Positions 32,430-48,400 of a stretch of DNA of 64,000 bases are shown piece after piece (the stretch's first letter is position 1; each line of letters begins with the position of its first letter). This stretch comes from the human T2T-CHM13v2.0 reference genome, Homo sapiens. The notes beneath the pieces were generated by a model that made no database searches, was not told where the DNA came from, and saw only the letters and a list, made by a program, of their open reading frames with translations. Location: the NCBI RefSeq assembly GCF_009914755.1, contig NC_060934.1. The stretch is one strand, 5' to 3'. A program made the translations under genes and the position numbers.

Positions 32430-33390
32430 CTAATAGCTTTTTTGCAGGTGTGCAATTCAATAGTTTTTAGCAAATGCACAGAACTGTACAACCATCACCA
32501 CAATCAATTTTAGAATATTTTATCACCCCAAAAAGAAACCTAGTCCTCTTTAGCTGTCAAACCCCCATTTTTCCCCACCCCCTACCCCAACACCAGTTCT
32601 AGGCAACCAGTAATCTACTATCTAATTCTATATTTGTATTCTGGACATTCCATATAAATGTAATCACACAATGTGTTGCCTTTTGTGACTGTTTCTTTTA
32701 TCACTTAGAATGTTTTCAAGGTTCATCCATTTGTAGCATGAGTCAGTACTTCATTCCTTTTTATTCCTGAATAATAGTCCACTGCATGGATAGACCACAT
32801 TATTTAAACCATTCATCAGTTGATATATGTTTGAGTTGTTTCAACTTTTTGGCTATTATGGCTACCGCTACTGTGAACATGTACATACAAATATTGGCAT
32901 AAATATATGTTTTCATTTCTCTTGGGTATATACCTAGGAGTGGAACTGCTTTATCATCCCTTATCCCAAATCTAGCCATTTCAAGAACTGCCAGACTGTT
33001 TCTCAAAGCAGTTGCTCCAGTTTACATTCCAACATGTAGATTCCAATTTCTCCACAACATCACCAACACTTATTATTACCTGTCTTTTTTATTATACATA
33101 GCCATCTTAGTTTACTAAGATGGTCACTTAGACAGTCACTTAGTAACCGTCTTAGTTACTTCGTTGGTGTAACATGGTATTTCACTGTGGTTTTGATTTC
33201 CATTTACATGGTAGCTAATGATGTAAAACATCTTTTCATGTGCTTACTGGCTATTTGTATGTCTTATCTGAAGAACTGCCTATTCAAATCCTTTGTCGAT
33301 TTTTTTGAGTTCCTTTTCTTTTTATGACTGAGGTATAAGAGTTCCTTAAATACTCTGGATACTTACTCTGGATACTAGACCTTTAATAGA
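32430..33390 (-). mobile_element. L1MB 3' end
   Basis: ORF 32800-33006 (AVPLLGIYPREMKTY) is the ORF2p C-terminus; typical L1MB 3' UTR. Confidence 0.8.
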
Positions 33391-33747
33391 TACATGGTTT
33401 TCTCATACCAAACACTGGGGAGCATGTAGACAGGATAAAAACAGGAACTCTCCCACTGCTTGTAGGACAATAAAACCGTACAGCTACATTGGAAAGCAAT
33501 TTGTATCTAGTAGTTACTGGTGTACGCACCTGACAAACAACAACTCCAATCCTAGATGTATATTCCAGAGAAATTCTTACCTTTGAAGAAAAACATGGAT
33601 GAAACTTAGTAACTAATTTAAAAAGTTGCAGGAAAAAAAGTCCACATAGCATGATGCCATTTATATAAAGTTTAAAAATATGCATAAGCAAACAATATTT
33701 TGGGGGGATATACATATACAACGTAAAATAACATTATCAAGAAAGCA

Positions 33748-34485
33748 GGCCAGGCGCAGTGGCTTATACCTGCAATCCCAGCACTTTGGAAGGCTAAGGC
33801 AGGCAGATCACTTGAGGTCAGGAGTCTAAGACTGTCAGGCCTGAGCCCAAGCTAAGCCAACATATCCCCTGTGACCTGCACGTATACATCCAGATGGCCT
33901 GAAGCAAATGAAGATCCACAAAAGAAGTGAAAATAGTCTTAACTGATGACGTTCCACCATTGTGATTGGTTTCTGCCCCACCCTAACTGATAAACGTACT
34001 TTGTAATCTCCCCCACCCTTAAGAAGGTTCTTTGTAATTCTCCCCACCCTTGAGAATGTACTTTGTGAGTTCCACCCCTTGCCCGCAAAACATTGCTCCT
34101 AACTCCACCACCTTATAGGTGTTGAGAAACCTATAAGAACTAATGATAATCCACCACCCTTTGCTGACTCTCTTTTCGGACTCAGTCTGCCTGCACCCAG
34201 GTGAAACAGACAGCCTTGCTGCTCCCACAAAGCCTGTTTGGTGGTCTCTTCACATGGACGCCTGAGACACAGACCAGTCTGGCCAACATGGTGAAAGCCT
34301 GTCTCTACAAAAATACAAAAATTAGTAGGGCATGGTGGCGTGTGCCCATAGTCCTAGCTACTTGGGAGGTTGAGGCAGGAGAATTGCTTCAACCCAGGAG
34401 GCAGAGTTGCAGTGAGCCAAGATGGTGCCACTGCACTCCATCCAGCCTGAGTGACAGAGCAAAACTCTGTCTCAAAAAAAAAAAA
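33748..34485 (+). mobile_element. AluS split by a solo LTR7B
   Basis: Alu breaks at ggagtctaagac and resumes cagaccagtctggccaacatgg. Confidence 0.9.
33833..34269 (+). mobile_element. Solo HERV-H LTR, LTR7B-like
   Basis: tgtcaggcctgagcccaagct...gagaca with type II repeats (tactttgtaatctcccccacccttaagaag); TSD aagac/cagac; no PBS follows. Confidence 0.9.
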
Positions 34486-35790
34486 GCAGCAGCAGCAGCA
34501 AGCAAAGAAATGACAGACACAGAATTCAGCATGCTGGTTACCTTTGAGAGGAAGGAAGAAGTACACAGGAGGTCTCAATGCTATTGGTAATATTCTACTT
34601 TTTTCAATACATACTCTTATATGCGTGACACATTTAATAAACATTTTTTCAAAGAGCTTCACTGACAACTGAAGGTCTTTCTAATACAGAAAGACACCAG
34701 AGCAGTTCAAAGTAAATATAAAGGAGATGAGAGCATCACAGTGAACCAAACACCACACATACACAATATTGTAAAGTATTTTAAATCCAGCAAAGTGTAT
34801 GCTTTGTAGAACTGAGAAGACAGATTCCTTGCCCTTATCCGCTTCTTTCCACCGTTCTGTCCACCTCTGTCTTCCTGATCCCACCTCTACTTCCATGTCC
34901 AGAATCCACTTCTACCTCCTCCAGAGATTTTCTTCCATATATCAATCTGAAGGGCACCCATCCTTCCTCTCAATTTCCATAGCATTTGTACCTCTTCAAA
35001 GCCTTCATCATATTATCCTCAGATTACACGTTTTAACTCCTCTATCAGAAATTAGCACCTGGAGAACTAGAACACCAGTCACATCATCAACCTGGCTCTC
35101 CAAACACACCAAATTTTTTGTTGACTATTGATTTAAAAAATGAATTAGAAAATTCAGGCATTTCCAAGTGAGTTAAGAAATTGGTCTGGACAAGAAAGAA
35201 AGAAAGAGTTTAAAATTACACTCCTTGAAAAAGAATTTCAAAATTGAAAACCCTTCAATACAGCAAAGACAAAGCTGACAACAGTCAGATAAAATATAAA
35301 ATGTTTATAGTGTATACAGTGATAATTTTTCATATTCACAGGGAACAAAATTAGAAGCCATAAGAATAACTTCCTGATTACTTGGCATCAGAACAGTCCA
35401 CGGCTTTAGAAAATGTCTTGCAGTCAACCACAAACCTAGGGAACAGGTAAGGTTGTAAAGTGTCTTTTACGGGGGGGAAAAAGCACATACCATTTCAAGG
35501 CTCGAAAAAATGAGGTTACTTTTAGAAATTTCAGCAATATTTTTAACTTGCTTTCAGATATTTTAAACTACTTACCACCAGAAGTATAAACCTAAACATT
35601 ATGTGATTATAGCAGAAACGGAACTACTACATAAGGGAAAAAGAAACAAACCACAAGTGAATCAACGACAACCCTCAAGAACCAGACGCTACTACTGACA
35701 ACCATTAGGGTTTCTTGGCTGCTTGAATCAATTCATTCCCAGCTCTGCTTTGAGCTGGCACTAATTTAAAGGAGACAAAAATGTTGGAGC

Positions 35791-35993
35791 TAAGGCTGCC
35801 AGATTTAGGAAATATAAATACAGCAAGCCCAGTTACACTTTAATTTCAGACAAACAACGAATCTTTTTTTTAGTACAAGTATGCTCCCACGTAATATTTA
35901 TAGTAAAAATTTATTTTAAAAATTTTACAAAAATTCACTGTTTATCTGAAATTCATATCAACTAGGCATCCTGTATTTTATCTGGCAAACCTA
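35791..35993. mobile_element. MER53-like palindromic hAT MITE
   Basis: Long inverted arms taaggctgccagat...atctggcaaaccta; 8-bp TSD gttggagc/gctggagc. Confidence 0.85.
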
Positions 35994-37609
35994 GCTGGAG
36001 CCAAAAGGTAGAATAGTAATCAATCCAATTTCCTCATTTTTCAGCAGAAACTGAGAACCAAAGAAAGGAACTGACTTGCTTAAGCTTAAGCCAAAGATCA
36101 GGGAAGTAAGTTGGCTTTGAAAAGAGAAAACCTTTCCACTAGGTCACCTTGGGTACCACTTACAGTACATTCCACTTCCAATTCTTGCTCAACTCACAGA
36201 AGCACCAAGCAGACAAGGTGTAAAAGAGTATGGTTTCCCTCTTGTAACATTAAACTTCAAGTTTCAGTACATCTCTTAAAACCCTAGTCTCCAAAATCAA
36301 TTAGGAAACTATGTGCTACTCTTAAAAAAAAAAAACCTGATAATTTTGTCTACACACTACCACCTCATACTGTTTATATTTTCACTCACCATATGAAACA
36401 GGACATCCTTCTCTCCTGAACTCAGTTCTCTCAAAATCCAAAATTCTCTTGCTCCAGGGTCTCAAGATTTCACACAAGAGCATGTTCACATTATTTCATG
36501 ACTCTCAACGACTTGAGTTCGTATACTCCTTCAGTTTTCATGCTTTTTAGCGTTTTCATGTTTTTCAGATATGTCCTAACCCATTCGGTTGGCCTCAAAA
36601 GTCTCCCATTCCCATTCTGTATCGGAGCAACTAAATCAGCAATGAGGAATGAAGTCTCACTATTATAAACATACACTTACTTCCCCAGGGACTGGGATGC
36701 AAGGAAACATGGAAAGAGAAACGTCTTTATCAGAAATTTTGGGGCCAAAAAGGCCCCGAAGTATGGTATGTGAGGGTTATGCTAGCTGTCTAATTACATA
36801 GCATGCAATCGAACAAAATAAAGAGAAAAATAACAGAAAACTCCACACATGCAAAGAATTCATTTTCCAGATCCCATCAAATTAAAAAATACACAAAACA
36901 TTTCCTCAACTCCATACAGAGCTCCTCAACCTATGACTTGCAGGGGTCCTCAAGGGTAGTTAGCGTGGGGATGGGTGGTGAGAATAGTGATAGTGAGGCA
37001 GAAAAGGGTTCCATTTTTATTTATTTATTTTTACAATTTGGGCTTCCAAATAGGTTTTAAGAAAAAAAGGTTTTGTTGCATTAAAGAAACATGAAAACGG
37101 TAACATAAACCATTATAACCCCCACCCAATAAGTTTTCTATTAAAAACTTCACCCAGGTGGACAGGAATACGAATCGTTTAAGATGAAAACAGATTTAAA
37201 GACCAAAGAAAAGTTAGCAATTAAAGGACAAAATAGTTACCTATGCTTTCCTTCTGGCACCCCGAATGTACGCAGGTCTCTCGAGATCACACGTCAGACG
37301 TGGAAGGTCCTCACGGATCACTAGTCCGAGCTTCCATTTTACAGATGTGCACACTCAGGCCAAAGACGACGGCTGACGGGCCAACGTCTCACAGCCGGTC
37401 AGGGAAAGGAATTCACCTGGCACCCGGGGCGGCCGGCCTAGAGCCCTGGGCGCTGACCGTTTCTGCGATTCCTGGTTCCGCTCGGCCCGGCCCCAGGGGC
37501 AGACGCGAGCACCGGGGCAGAGAGACCCACTGCCTGGAGTCGCGCTGCCTCTCCGCGGGCTCCACGCCGGGCCCGCAGCGCAGGGATGGGTCCTTGGCGG
37601 CCGCCCCCA

Positions 37610-37639
37610 CCCAGCCCAGCCCAGCCCAGCCCAGCCCAG
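37610..37639. repeat. (CCCAG)6 pentanucleotide repeat
   Basis: Six perfect units inside the CpG island. Confidence 0.95.
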
Positions 37640-37918
37640 CCCACCTGTAGCCGACGCGCTGCCGGCAGCCACACCCCCTGCCCGGGCCGGGGGCTCGGCC
37701 GCCCTTATTGGCGGCCAGCGGCGGCGGCTGCGCGCGGCGTGGGGGACTCCGATCCTAGAGGCCGCAGGAGTTACCTCAGGTGGGCTCTGAGCTGGCGGCG
37801 CTACCGCCCTGGCCCGCCTCGAGCATGCCCGAGACGTGGACGCAGCAAGGCCGCACCTCCCCCAGCGCGTCGCCTGTTTACACCCTACGCCCCTCCGCGG
37901 GAGGACACCGAGTGGCAG

Positions 37919-37944
37919 GTCACGTGACGCGGGCGTCACGTGTC
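37919..37944. promoter_or_regulatory. Tandem CLEAR/E-box elements
   Basis: GTCACGTGAC (37919-37928) and GTCACGTGTC (37935-37944). Confidence 0.8.
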
Positions 37945-38369
37945 CGGCCGAGTTGGGTGGAGGCGTTGCCCCGGCGACTGCAGCGCGCTGGGGGCGGGCT
38001 GCAGCGGGTGCCGCCGCGCGGCCTTTCTGTGCTTCCACCCCTTCGCAGTGCCCAGGCGACAACCCACTGGGCTTGGAACCGAAAAGACTTCCCCAGCTCT
38101 GTGTGTGTCGTTTAGTGTCTCCTGGCCCTGACTACATGTTATTAATATTAGTGTTTTGGAAGGAAAAGGAAATTTTGTCTGGCAAAAGGATGTTTTACTT
38201 GGAGAAGAAGATGGAAAATACTTTCTTACCTGAGGCTATCAAACGGGAGGAAAAGCGAAGGAATAAGTAATAACGGTTTTTGCCTTGACAGATTTTTGTT
38301 TGCTTTCGCTCCCTAATCTGGACTGAAAGATTCCCACAGCATAGCCTCTCAGCCAGAGAAAGCACGTGA

Positions 38370-38770
<401 letters not shown>

Positions 38771-39797
38771 AGACTCTGCATTCATCTTTTGTCCACATAA
38801 AACTCTCATTATTCCTCTGTCACTTTCATCACTGTCTACCAAATCCAATTTTCCTACATCAAACTTCCCAGAAATAGTTTCAACCACTGCCAGTTTTATT
38901 TCTCCCATAATCATGCATAAAAGATGAATAATTTGTATTTCTTAGTAAATTCATGAGTGAATTATAAGCAAATCCTCTCAAATATTCCATAGTTGTTCTG
39001 TTGTCCCGGAGTGATCTATCATATAGCTAATCAATTCCTCCCTACAATTCTGACCACTTTGAATTTTTGGCTAAGTAAAAAGCAGATTGTCAGGTTCAAA
39101 ACAGTGTGCTCAAGATATCCTCTGGATCAGCAAGGTCAAAACATCTCCATTTCTATAACACACTTACAATACAGTATTACAAAGAGCAGAAAAATGATGA
39201 ATTTTCTCCATTTGTCTTTTACTGTGGAAAATAGGTTATCAAGGCCAGTTGCCACAACCTGGTTGGCTCTACTGCTTCTGGCAGCAGGTGTTCCATGAAG
39301 GTAGTACCAATATCTTCCATTGGTATAGCTTATGCCTAGACCAGGCTTGTTGAGCCAAAGGGTTGGCTGACTGATGAATGGATATGGAATCCTGTCATCC
39401 TTCTACAGGAAGCGGCAGAACCTTCGTAGTTCAACAGGGATCTGTGAGCTATGCAGGGCTGATAAGCAGCACTCATGGAGACAAAGCTAGGGTGAGTCCT
39501 GGCGCAACCATTACTGTCTAGGCAATTTCCTTAACCTTTCCGAGCCTCTCTTCAGCTTTCTGAAAGATATCTACTGAATAGAGTGGTTATGAGACAAAAT
39601 GAGGTAATGCCTGTATAACACTTTTAAGTGCCCAATACATACAGTGTTGGGTAAATGTTAACCAATATGGTCTTTGGCGACGGGGTATTAGTATAGGAGG
39701 TCAGAGTCCTGAGGGAAAGGGAGCTGACAACTTGAACGTGTCCAGGTCCTGGGTCCAGATTCTTGCCACCTGGAGTGTAGTTCAAGAAGGGATTGCC

Positions 39798-40272
<475 letters not shown>

Positions 40273-40473
40273 TTAATGGGGACTCCTAATACACTGCCTT
40301 TCCTTTGCCTTAGCCCACATAGGGAAATTACCTACCCTCTCCTACAGTTTGTGGGACATGAAGACATAAGAAAGAATTCAGGCTTGAGCCAAGTGATCAG
40401 TGTTATCTCCAGAACCAGTCACACTGACTCCCTACCAAATGGTTAAATACATCAACCCATCAACCATGTTCTA

Positions 40474-41179
<706 letters not shown>

Positions 41180-41226
41180 ATGTTCTAGTTCTTTAAAGAG
41201 TTTCATTGCAAAAAATAAAATGTGTT

Positions 41227-41530
<304 letters not shown>

Positions 41531-42769
41531 TTATGTATGACAAAATATATGGCAAATGTACAGTGCATGGCTCTATAATGCCACCCAATCTAATACAACA
41601 GATATGCTAGTGTTCCCACTAGAATAGATGAATGTAAGGACTAATGGGGAGCTTGCAAACAAAGGAAGAAACTAGCAATAACCTAGTAAAGTGTTGCAAA
41701 GCTATGTGGTAGAGCCAACATTGAATTCACGTTTCCTGGTCCCAAATCTAAATGCCTTTTCCTTTTTTTTTTTTGTTGTTGTTGTTGTTGCCTTGATATA
41801 ATACTTTTTCCTTTTTATTAATAACCTTAATAAAGATATAGTTTCACCAGACTCGAGTTCACCAGACTGGAATTCAGAGGAGAGATATAGAGATATAAAT
41901 TGAAGATTAGGCAGTGGTATTCAAAAAGCCACATGATTGGATGAGATCACACAGAGAATTATTTTCATATCTTTGACCTCAACCCAAAATACAAAATACA
42001 TTTTACATATTAACCAAATACATGTATATAATTTAAAAGTTTCCAGAAACAAATTTACCATTCCTACGTGTGATGCACGATTTCTTCTGTTTAAATTTTT
42101 CACTCCGAACTCAATTGATTTTTTTAACCCAGTAACAGTTGTGGCCTACAGTTTGAAAATCATTGAAAGTCACCGATCTAGGACGTTCATAAGTCCGAAT
42201 TGCATAATTGCAGCAAAAGAAGAGACTGAAAGGCTAGACATCTGGTACTGTAGAGATAAGAAGGAAATTTAGAAGAAGCAATCAGAGTTAAGAGGAGAAC
42301 TGGAACAGAGGAGTCCTGATCAAGTGAAGAAATGTTTCAGGAGACAAGTGCCTAAAGGTGTCATTTGCACTGAGAGGCTGAGTCAGTTGAGGATTGACCT
42401 CTGAACTGTCAGTGTAGAGATCACTGAGACCTTGGGAACAGAGCAATTAAGATAAAGTGGTAGGATTAAAAGCCTGATTCTTGAGATAACAGATGGTGAC
42501 GACAAGTAAATACAATCATTGCTTTCTTGCTGTAAAGGAGAGCAGGGAAATAGGATCATAGTAGGTAAGAGATGCAGGATTGAGGTTTTCTGTTTAAATA
42601 TTTATATGCTAATACAAATGCTGTAATAACTGGATGTACAAGAAAGTGACAACTGTAAGAAGGAAAATCTTGAGTAGATTGGAGGAGTCATCCTTAGATA
42701 AGGAAAAAACAAGAGAAGGGGAATAGCAGGCCACAGATACAGATAGCTTGGTAGATTCGTTGTTGAACA

Positions 42770-43168
42770 TGAAACTGACCCAATAGTCCCATAGACAGTT
42801 CTTTTGGCCAAACATAGAAAGTGACCCTTCTTTTCTTAAAGCTCGAAACTTACATTTGTTTTATCTGAGTTCCTTTCTCGGGAAGGACCCCTGGCCTCTG
42901 AAAAAGTATCAAATAATTGAAACTTACCAGATTACCACATTCAGACAATGAGATGCCAGACCCTTCCTTTTGTTTCCTTACCGCTCCCTAGTTCGTGTTT
43001 TCTAACACACTGTTACACTTCTTCCCCGCTATATAAACCCCAAATTTTAGTCAGGGAGATGGATTTGAGACTGACCTCCCATCTCCTTGGCTGCAACACC
43101 TGATTAAAGTCTTCTTCCTCAGCAGTGAGCACCAAGACTTAGACAGAATCCCCGATGTTTCTGTATCA
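42770..43168 (+). mobile_element. Solo ERV1 LTR (LTR26-like) inside an L2 remnant
   Basis: tgaaactgacccaatagtcccatag start, TATA (ctatataaac), ATTAAA, CA end; family name from recall. Confidence 0.65.
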
Positions 43169-43583
43169 TGTGGAATTTCTCTTCGATTGTTGATAGTTTA
43201 ATAAAATAAAAGCTGAGCATGACAAGAGGGAGAGAGGTGCTGGTGGTTTGAGAAAGGAGAGCATGTGACTATCATCCAGGAGCTGCTACAGCCCAGCCCA
43301 GCCCTAGGATCTCCCACGTGGATGACTGCTGTATATTTCTCTCAACTTCCATCCTTGCCTCCTTACAGTCTTTTTTTTCCTACACAATCGCCAAAGTGAC
43401 TTTTGAAAACCATGTCAACCCCAGTATTTTCCCAATTCAGAATAAAATCCAGAAGTGTTTGGCTCTAAGTCCTGCATGATCTAGCCCCTATTTCCCATCG
43501 TCCTCTCACTTGCTTTGCTCTAGCCACCTGACTTCCTTGCTGTTCCTTAGTCTCCTCAAGAGTAGAACATTTCCTTCCATTTC

Positions 43584-44944
43584 TGAGAGGTGACAGCGTG
43601 CGCCCTCGCTCGCTCTCGGCGCCTCCTCGACCTTGGCGCCCACTCTGGCGGCGCTTGAGGAGCCCTTCAGCCCACCACTGCACTGTGGGACCCCCTTTCT
43701 GGGCTGGCCAAGGCCGGAGCCGGCACCTTCAGCTTGCAGGGAGGTGTGGAGGAGGCGTGAGCAGGAACCGGGGCTGCGCGCGGCGCTTGCGGGCCAGCTG
43801 GAGTTCCCGGTGGGAGTGGGCTTGGCGGACCGGCACTGGGAGCGGCCTGCCGGCCCTGCCGCCCCGGGCAATGAGGGGCTTAGCACCCAGGCCAGCGGCT
43901 GCGGAGGGTGTGCTGGGTCCCCCAGCAGTGCCGGCCCACCGGCGCTGCACTCCATTTCTCGCCGGGCCTTAGCTGCCTCCCTGCAGGGCAGGGCTCTGGA
44001 CCTGCAGCCAGCCATGCCTGAGCCTCCCCCTCCTCCGTGGGCTCCTGTGCGGCCAGAGCTCTCCGACCAGCGCCGCCCCCTGCTCCAGGGCACCCAGTCC
44101 CATCGACCACCCAAGGGCTGAGCAGTGCGGGCGCACGGCGCGGGACTGGCAGGCAGCTCCACCTGCAGCCCTGGTGTGGGATCCACTGGGTGATGCCAGC
44201 TGGGCTTCTGAGTCTGGTGGGGACGTGGAGAACCTTTATGTCTAGCTCAGGGATTGTAAATACACCAATCGGCACTCTGTATCTAGCTCAAGGTTTGTAA
44301 ACACACCAATCAGCACCCTGTGTCTAGCTCAGGGTTTGTGAATGCACCAATGGACACTCTGTATCTAGCTAATCTGGTGGGGAGGTGGAGAACTTTTGTG
44401 TCTAGCTCAGGGATTGTAAACGCAACAATCAGTGCCCTGTCAAAACAGACCACTTGGCTCTACCAATCAGCAGGATGTGGGTGGGGCCAGATAAGAGAGT
44501 AAAAGCAGGTTGCCTGAGCCAGCAGTGGCAACCCCCTTGGGTTACCTTCCACACTGTGGAAACTTTGTTATTTCGCTCTTTGCAGTAAATCTTGCTGCTG
44601 TTCACTCTTTGGGTCCACACTGCCTTTATGAGCTGTAACACTCACCATGAAGGTCTGCAGCTTCACTCCTGAAGCCAGCGAGACCACAAACCCACCGGGA
44701 GGAATGAACAGCTGCAGACGCGCGGCCTTAAGAGCTGTAACACTCACCAGGAAGGTCCGCAGCTTCACTCCTAAGCCAGCGAGACCAGGAACCCCACCAG
44801 AAGGAAAAAACTCCGAACACATCTGAACATCAGAAGGAACAAACTCCGGACACGCTGCCTTTGAGAACTGTGACACTCACCGTGAGGGTCCGCGGCTTCA
44901 TTCCTGAAGTCAGTGAGACCAAGAACCCACCAATTCCGGACATG
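43584..44944 (+). mobile_element. Solo LTR12C (HERV9), about 1.36 kb
   Basis: tgagaggtgacagcgtgc start, CpG-rich U3, repeated CCAAT units, U5 repeats, ends ccaattccggacatg; 4-bp TSD tttc; inserted in L2. Confidence 0.95.
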
Positions 44945-45444
44945 TTTCCTCACTTCCTTTATAGCTTATTTAAATGTGACTTTCTCGAGGTTGTCTTTGA
45001 CCATCCTTTGTGAAACAGCACTCCTATCAATGTCACCTTCCCCTGCTTGGTTTTTGTTATTAGCACTTATTGCCATCTCTGGCAGAGATTTATAGCACAT
45101 TAAATATCCATTTGCTACCAGCTCCTTTCATATAACCCTTGCAATTAGGTCAGGCCCTATAAACAATGGGCTGTGAGCAAAAAGGGGCATATACACATCT
45201 AGGCAAAAGCACCAAATGCAACCCTCCAGCTCTGTCTTCCCCTGCTGCAGTGATCTAGACCACATGTTGCAGTGGTGAAGCCACAGAGTGGACACAGCCT
45301 AAATCACTGAGTCACTGCCTGGGTCAGCTGTTCTGGGAAGTTGCCTGGCTCAGTGAGTTTTCCATGGTGGAAAAATAAACTTTGTTGTGTTAAATCACTG
45401 AGCTTTTGGGATTGATTTGTTACCACAGCATAATGTATTATCTG

Positions 45445-46100
<656 letters not shown>

Positions 46101-47014
46101 AGAATCCTAACACCATCTGGCATATTTGTTTTATTTCCTCTAGAATATAAATGTGTGATGAAAGCAAGGATGTTTAGTTCAACACTGTATCCACAGTACT
46201 TAATTGAGCCTGACACCTACCAAAGGCTCAATTAATATCTATTAAATTACTGAATACTGCATTTTAATGAAAAAGTTCAAAGAAAATCTTTCTGTGGCTC
46301 TACTCATTTTGCTAACTTTCTCTAATAAATTTTTAGACTCCTCTGCATTGAACTTTATTTTCATTTCTAATTTTGCTAGTTTGCTTTTCTTTCTTAAGGT
46401 AAGGTTGATGTGAATTTGGTTGAAATATTTCAGGACAACTGCAATTTTATACAATTCCCAGTATTCACTTTTTTCCTAATTTCCATTTCCTCCTCTATTT
46501 TGGTTTTCTGACATCTTTTCTCAAGTTTTAGATTATAGTTTTTCTTTCTTGGTAACATGGACATTTCTATATTCAATCCTTTCTGGAATAAAGAATATAG
46601 CACTATAAATTTTCTGGTAATGACAGCTTTGATGGTGCTCTCAAAAACTTAATAGGTACTACTTTAAAATGTAGTATAATTGATTCTAGAATTCTTTGAT
46701 CTACATGTGAAGATTTTTTTAGCCATTATTGCTATAGATTTTAATGACAGTATTTTGCAACACAGTATTTCTAAGAAGGCAATGCTGACTTTTATATTTT
46801 ATATGAATTTTCCTGCCTCCAAAGTGAACTTTTTATAAAGCAATTATATAAATGAGAAAATGAAACCCCTACTGTTTGTCCCATTCTCTACAAAAATCTA
46901 AAAGCCACCTTGTTTTTCTCTGCAGACTCACTCTACTATATCTACAACGGGTATCAAGGCACTTGGTACCTAGTCTATTCCACTTCTTTCTGCAGGTATC
47001 TTTTCTTAAAAGTT

Positions 47015-48400
<1,386 letters not shown>

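Larger units (their letters stand above)
37260..38110 (-). promoter_or_regulatory. MARCHF8: CpG-island promoter and non-coding first exon(s), probably MARCHF8
   Basis: High GC and CpG density, GC box, CCAAT (37707-37711), E-boxes; minus-strand donors GAG/GTAACT (37775), CAG/GTGAAT (37417), TAG/GTAACT (37241). Gene identity is inferred from position about 20 kb past the ZFAND4 3' end; no MARCHF8 coding exon lies in the window. Confidence 0.75.

Noticed and set aside
36491-36676. 61-aa minus-strand ORF with a natural-looking composition
   Set aside because: Its start codon overlaps a consensus splice donor, no family is recognisable, and there is no support beyond length
37243-38270. Long overlapping ORFs (up to 235 aa) in the CpG island
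   Set aside because: They occur in many frames on both strands, are Ala/Gly/Pro/Arg-rich with no recognisable domain, and are expected from stop-codon scarcity in GC-rich DNA
44230-44900. Regularly spaced repeats (tctagctcaggg...caccaatcagc; gctgtaacactcacc)
   Set aside because: Normal U3 enhancer and U5 repeats of LTR12C
43465-44953. ORFs up to 226 aa
   Set aside because: Entirely within the GC-rich LTR12C; typical spurious frames
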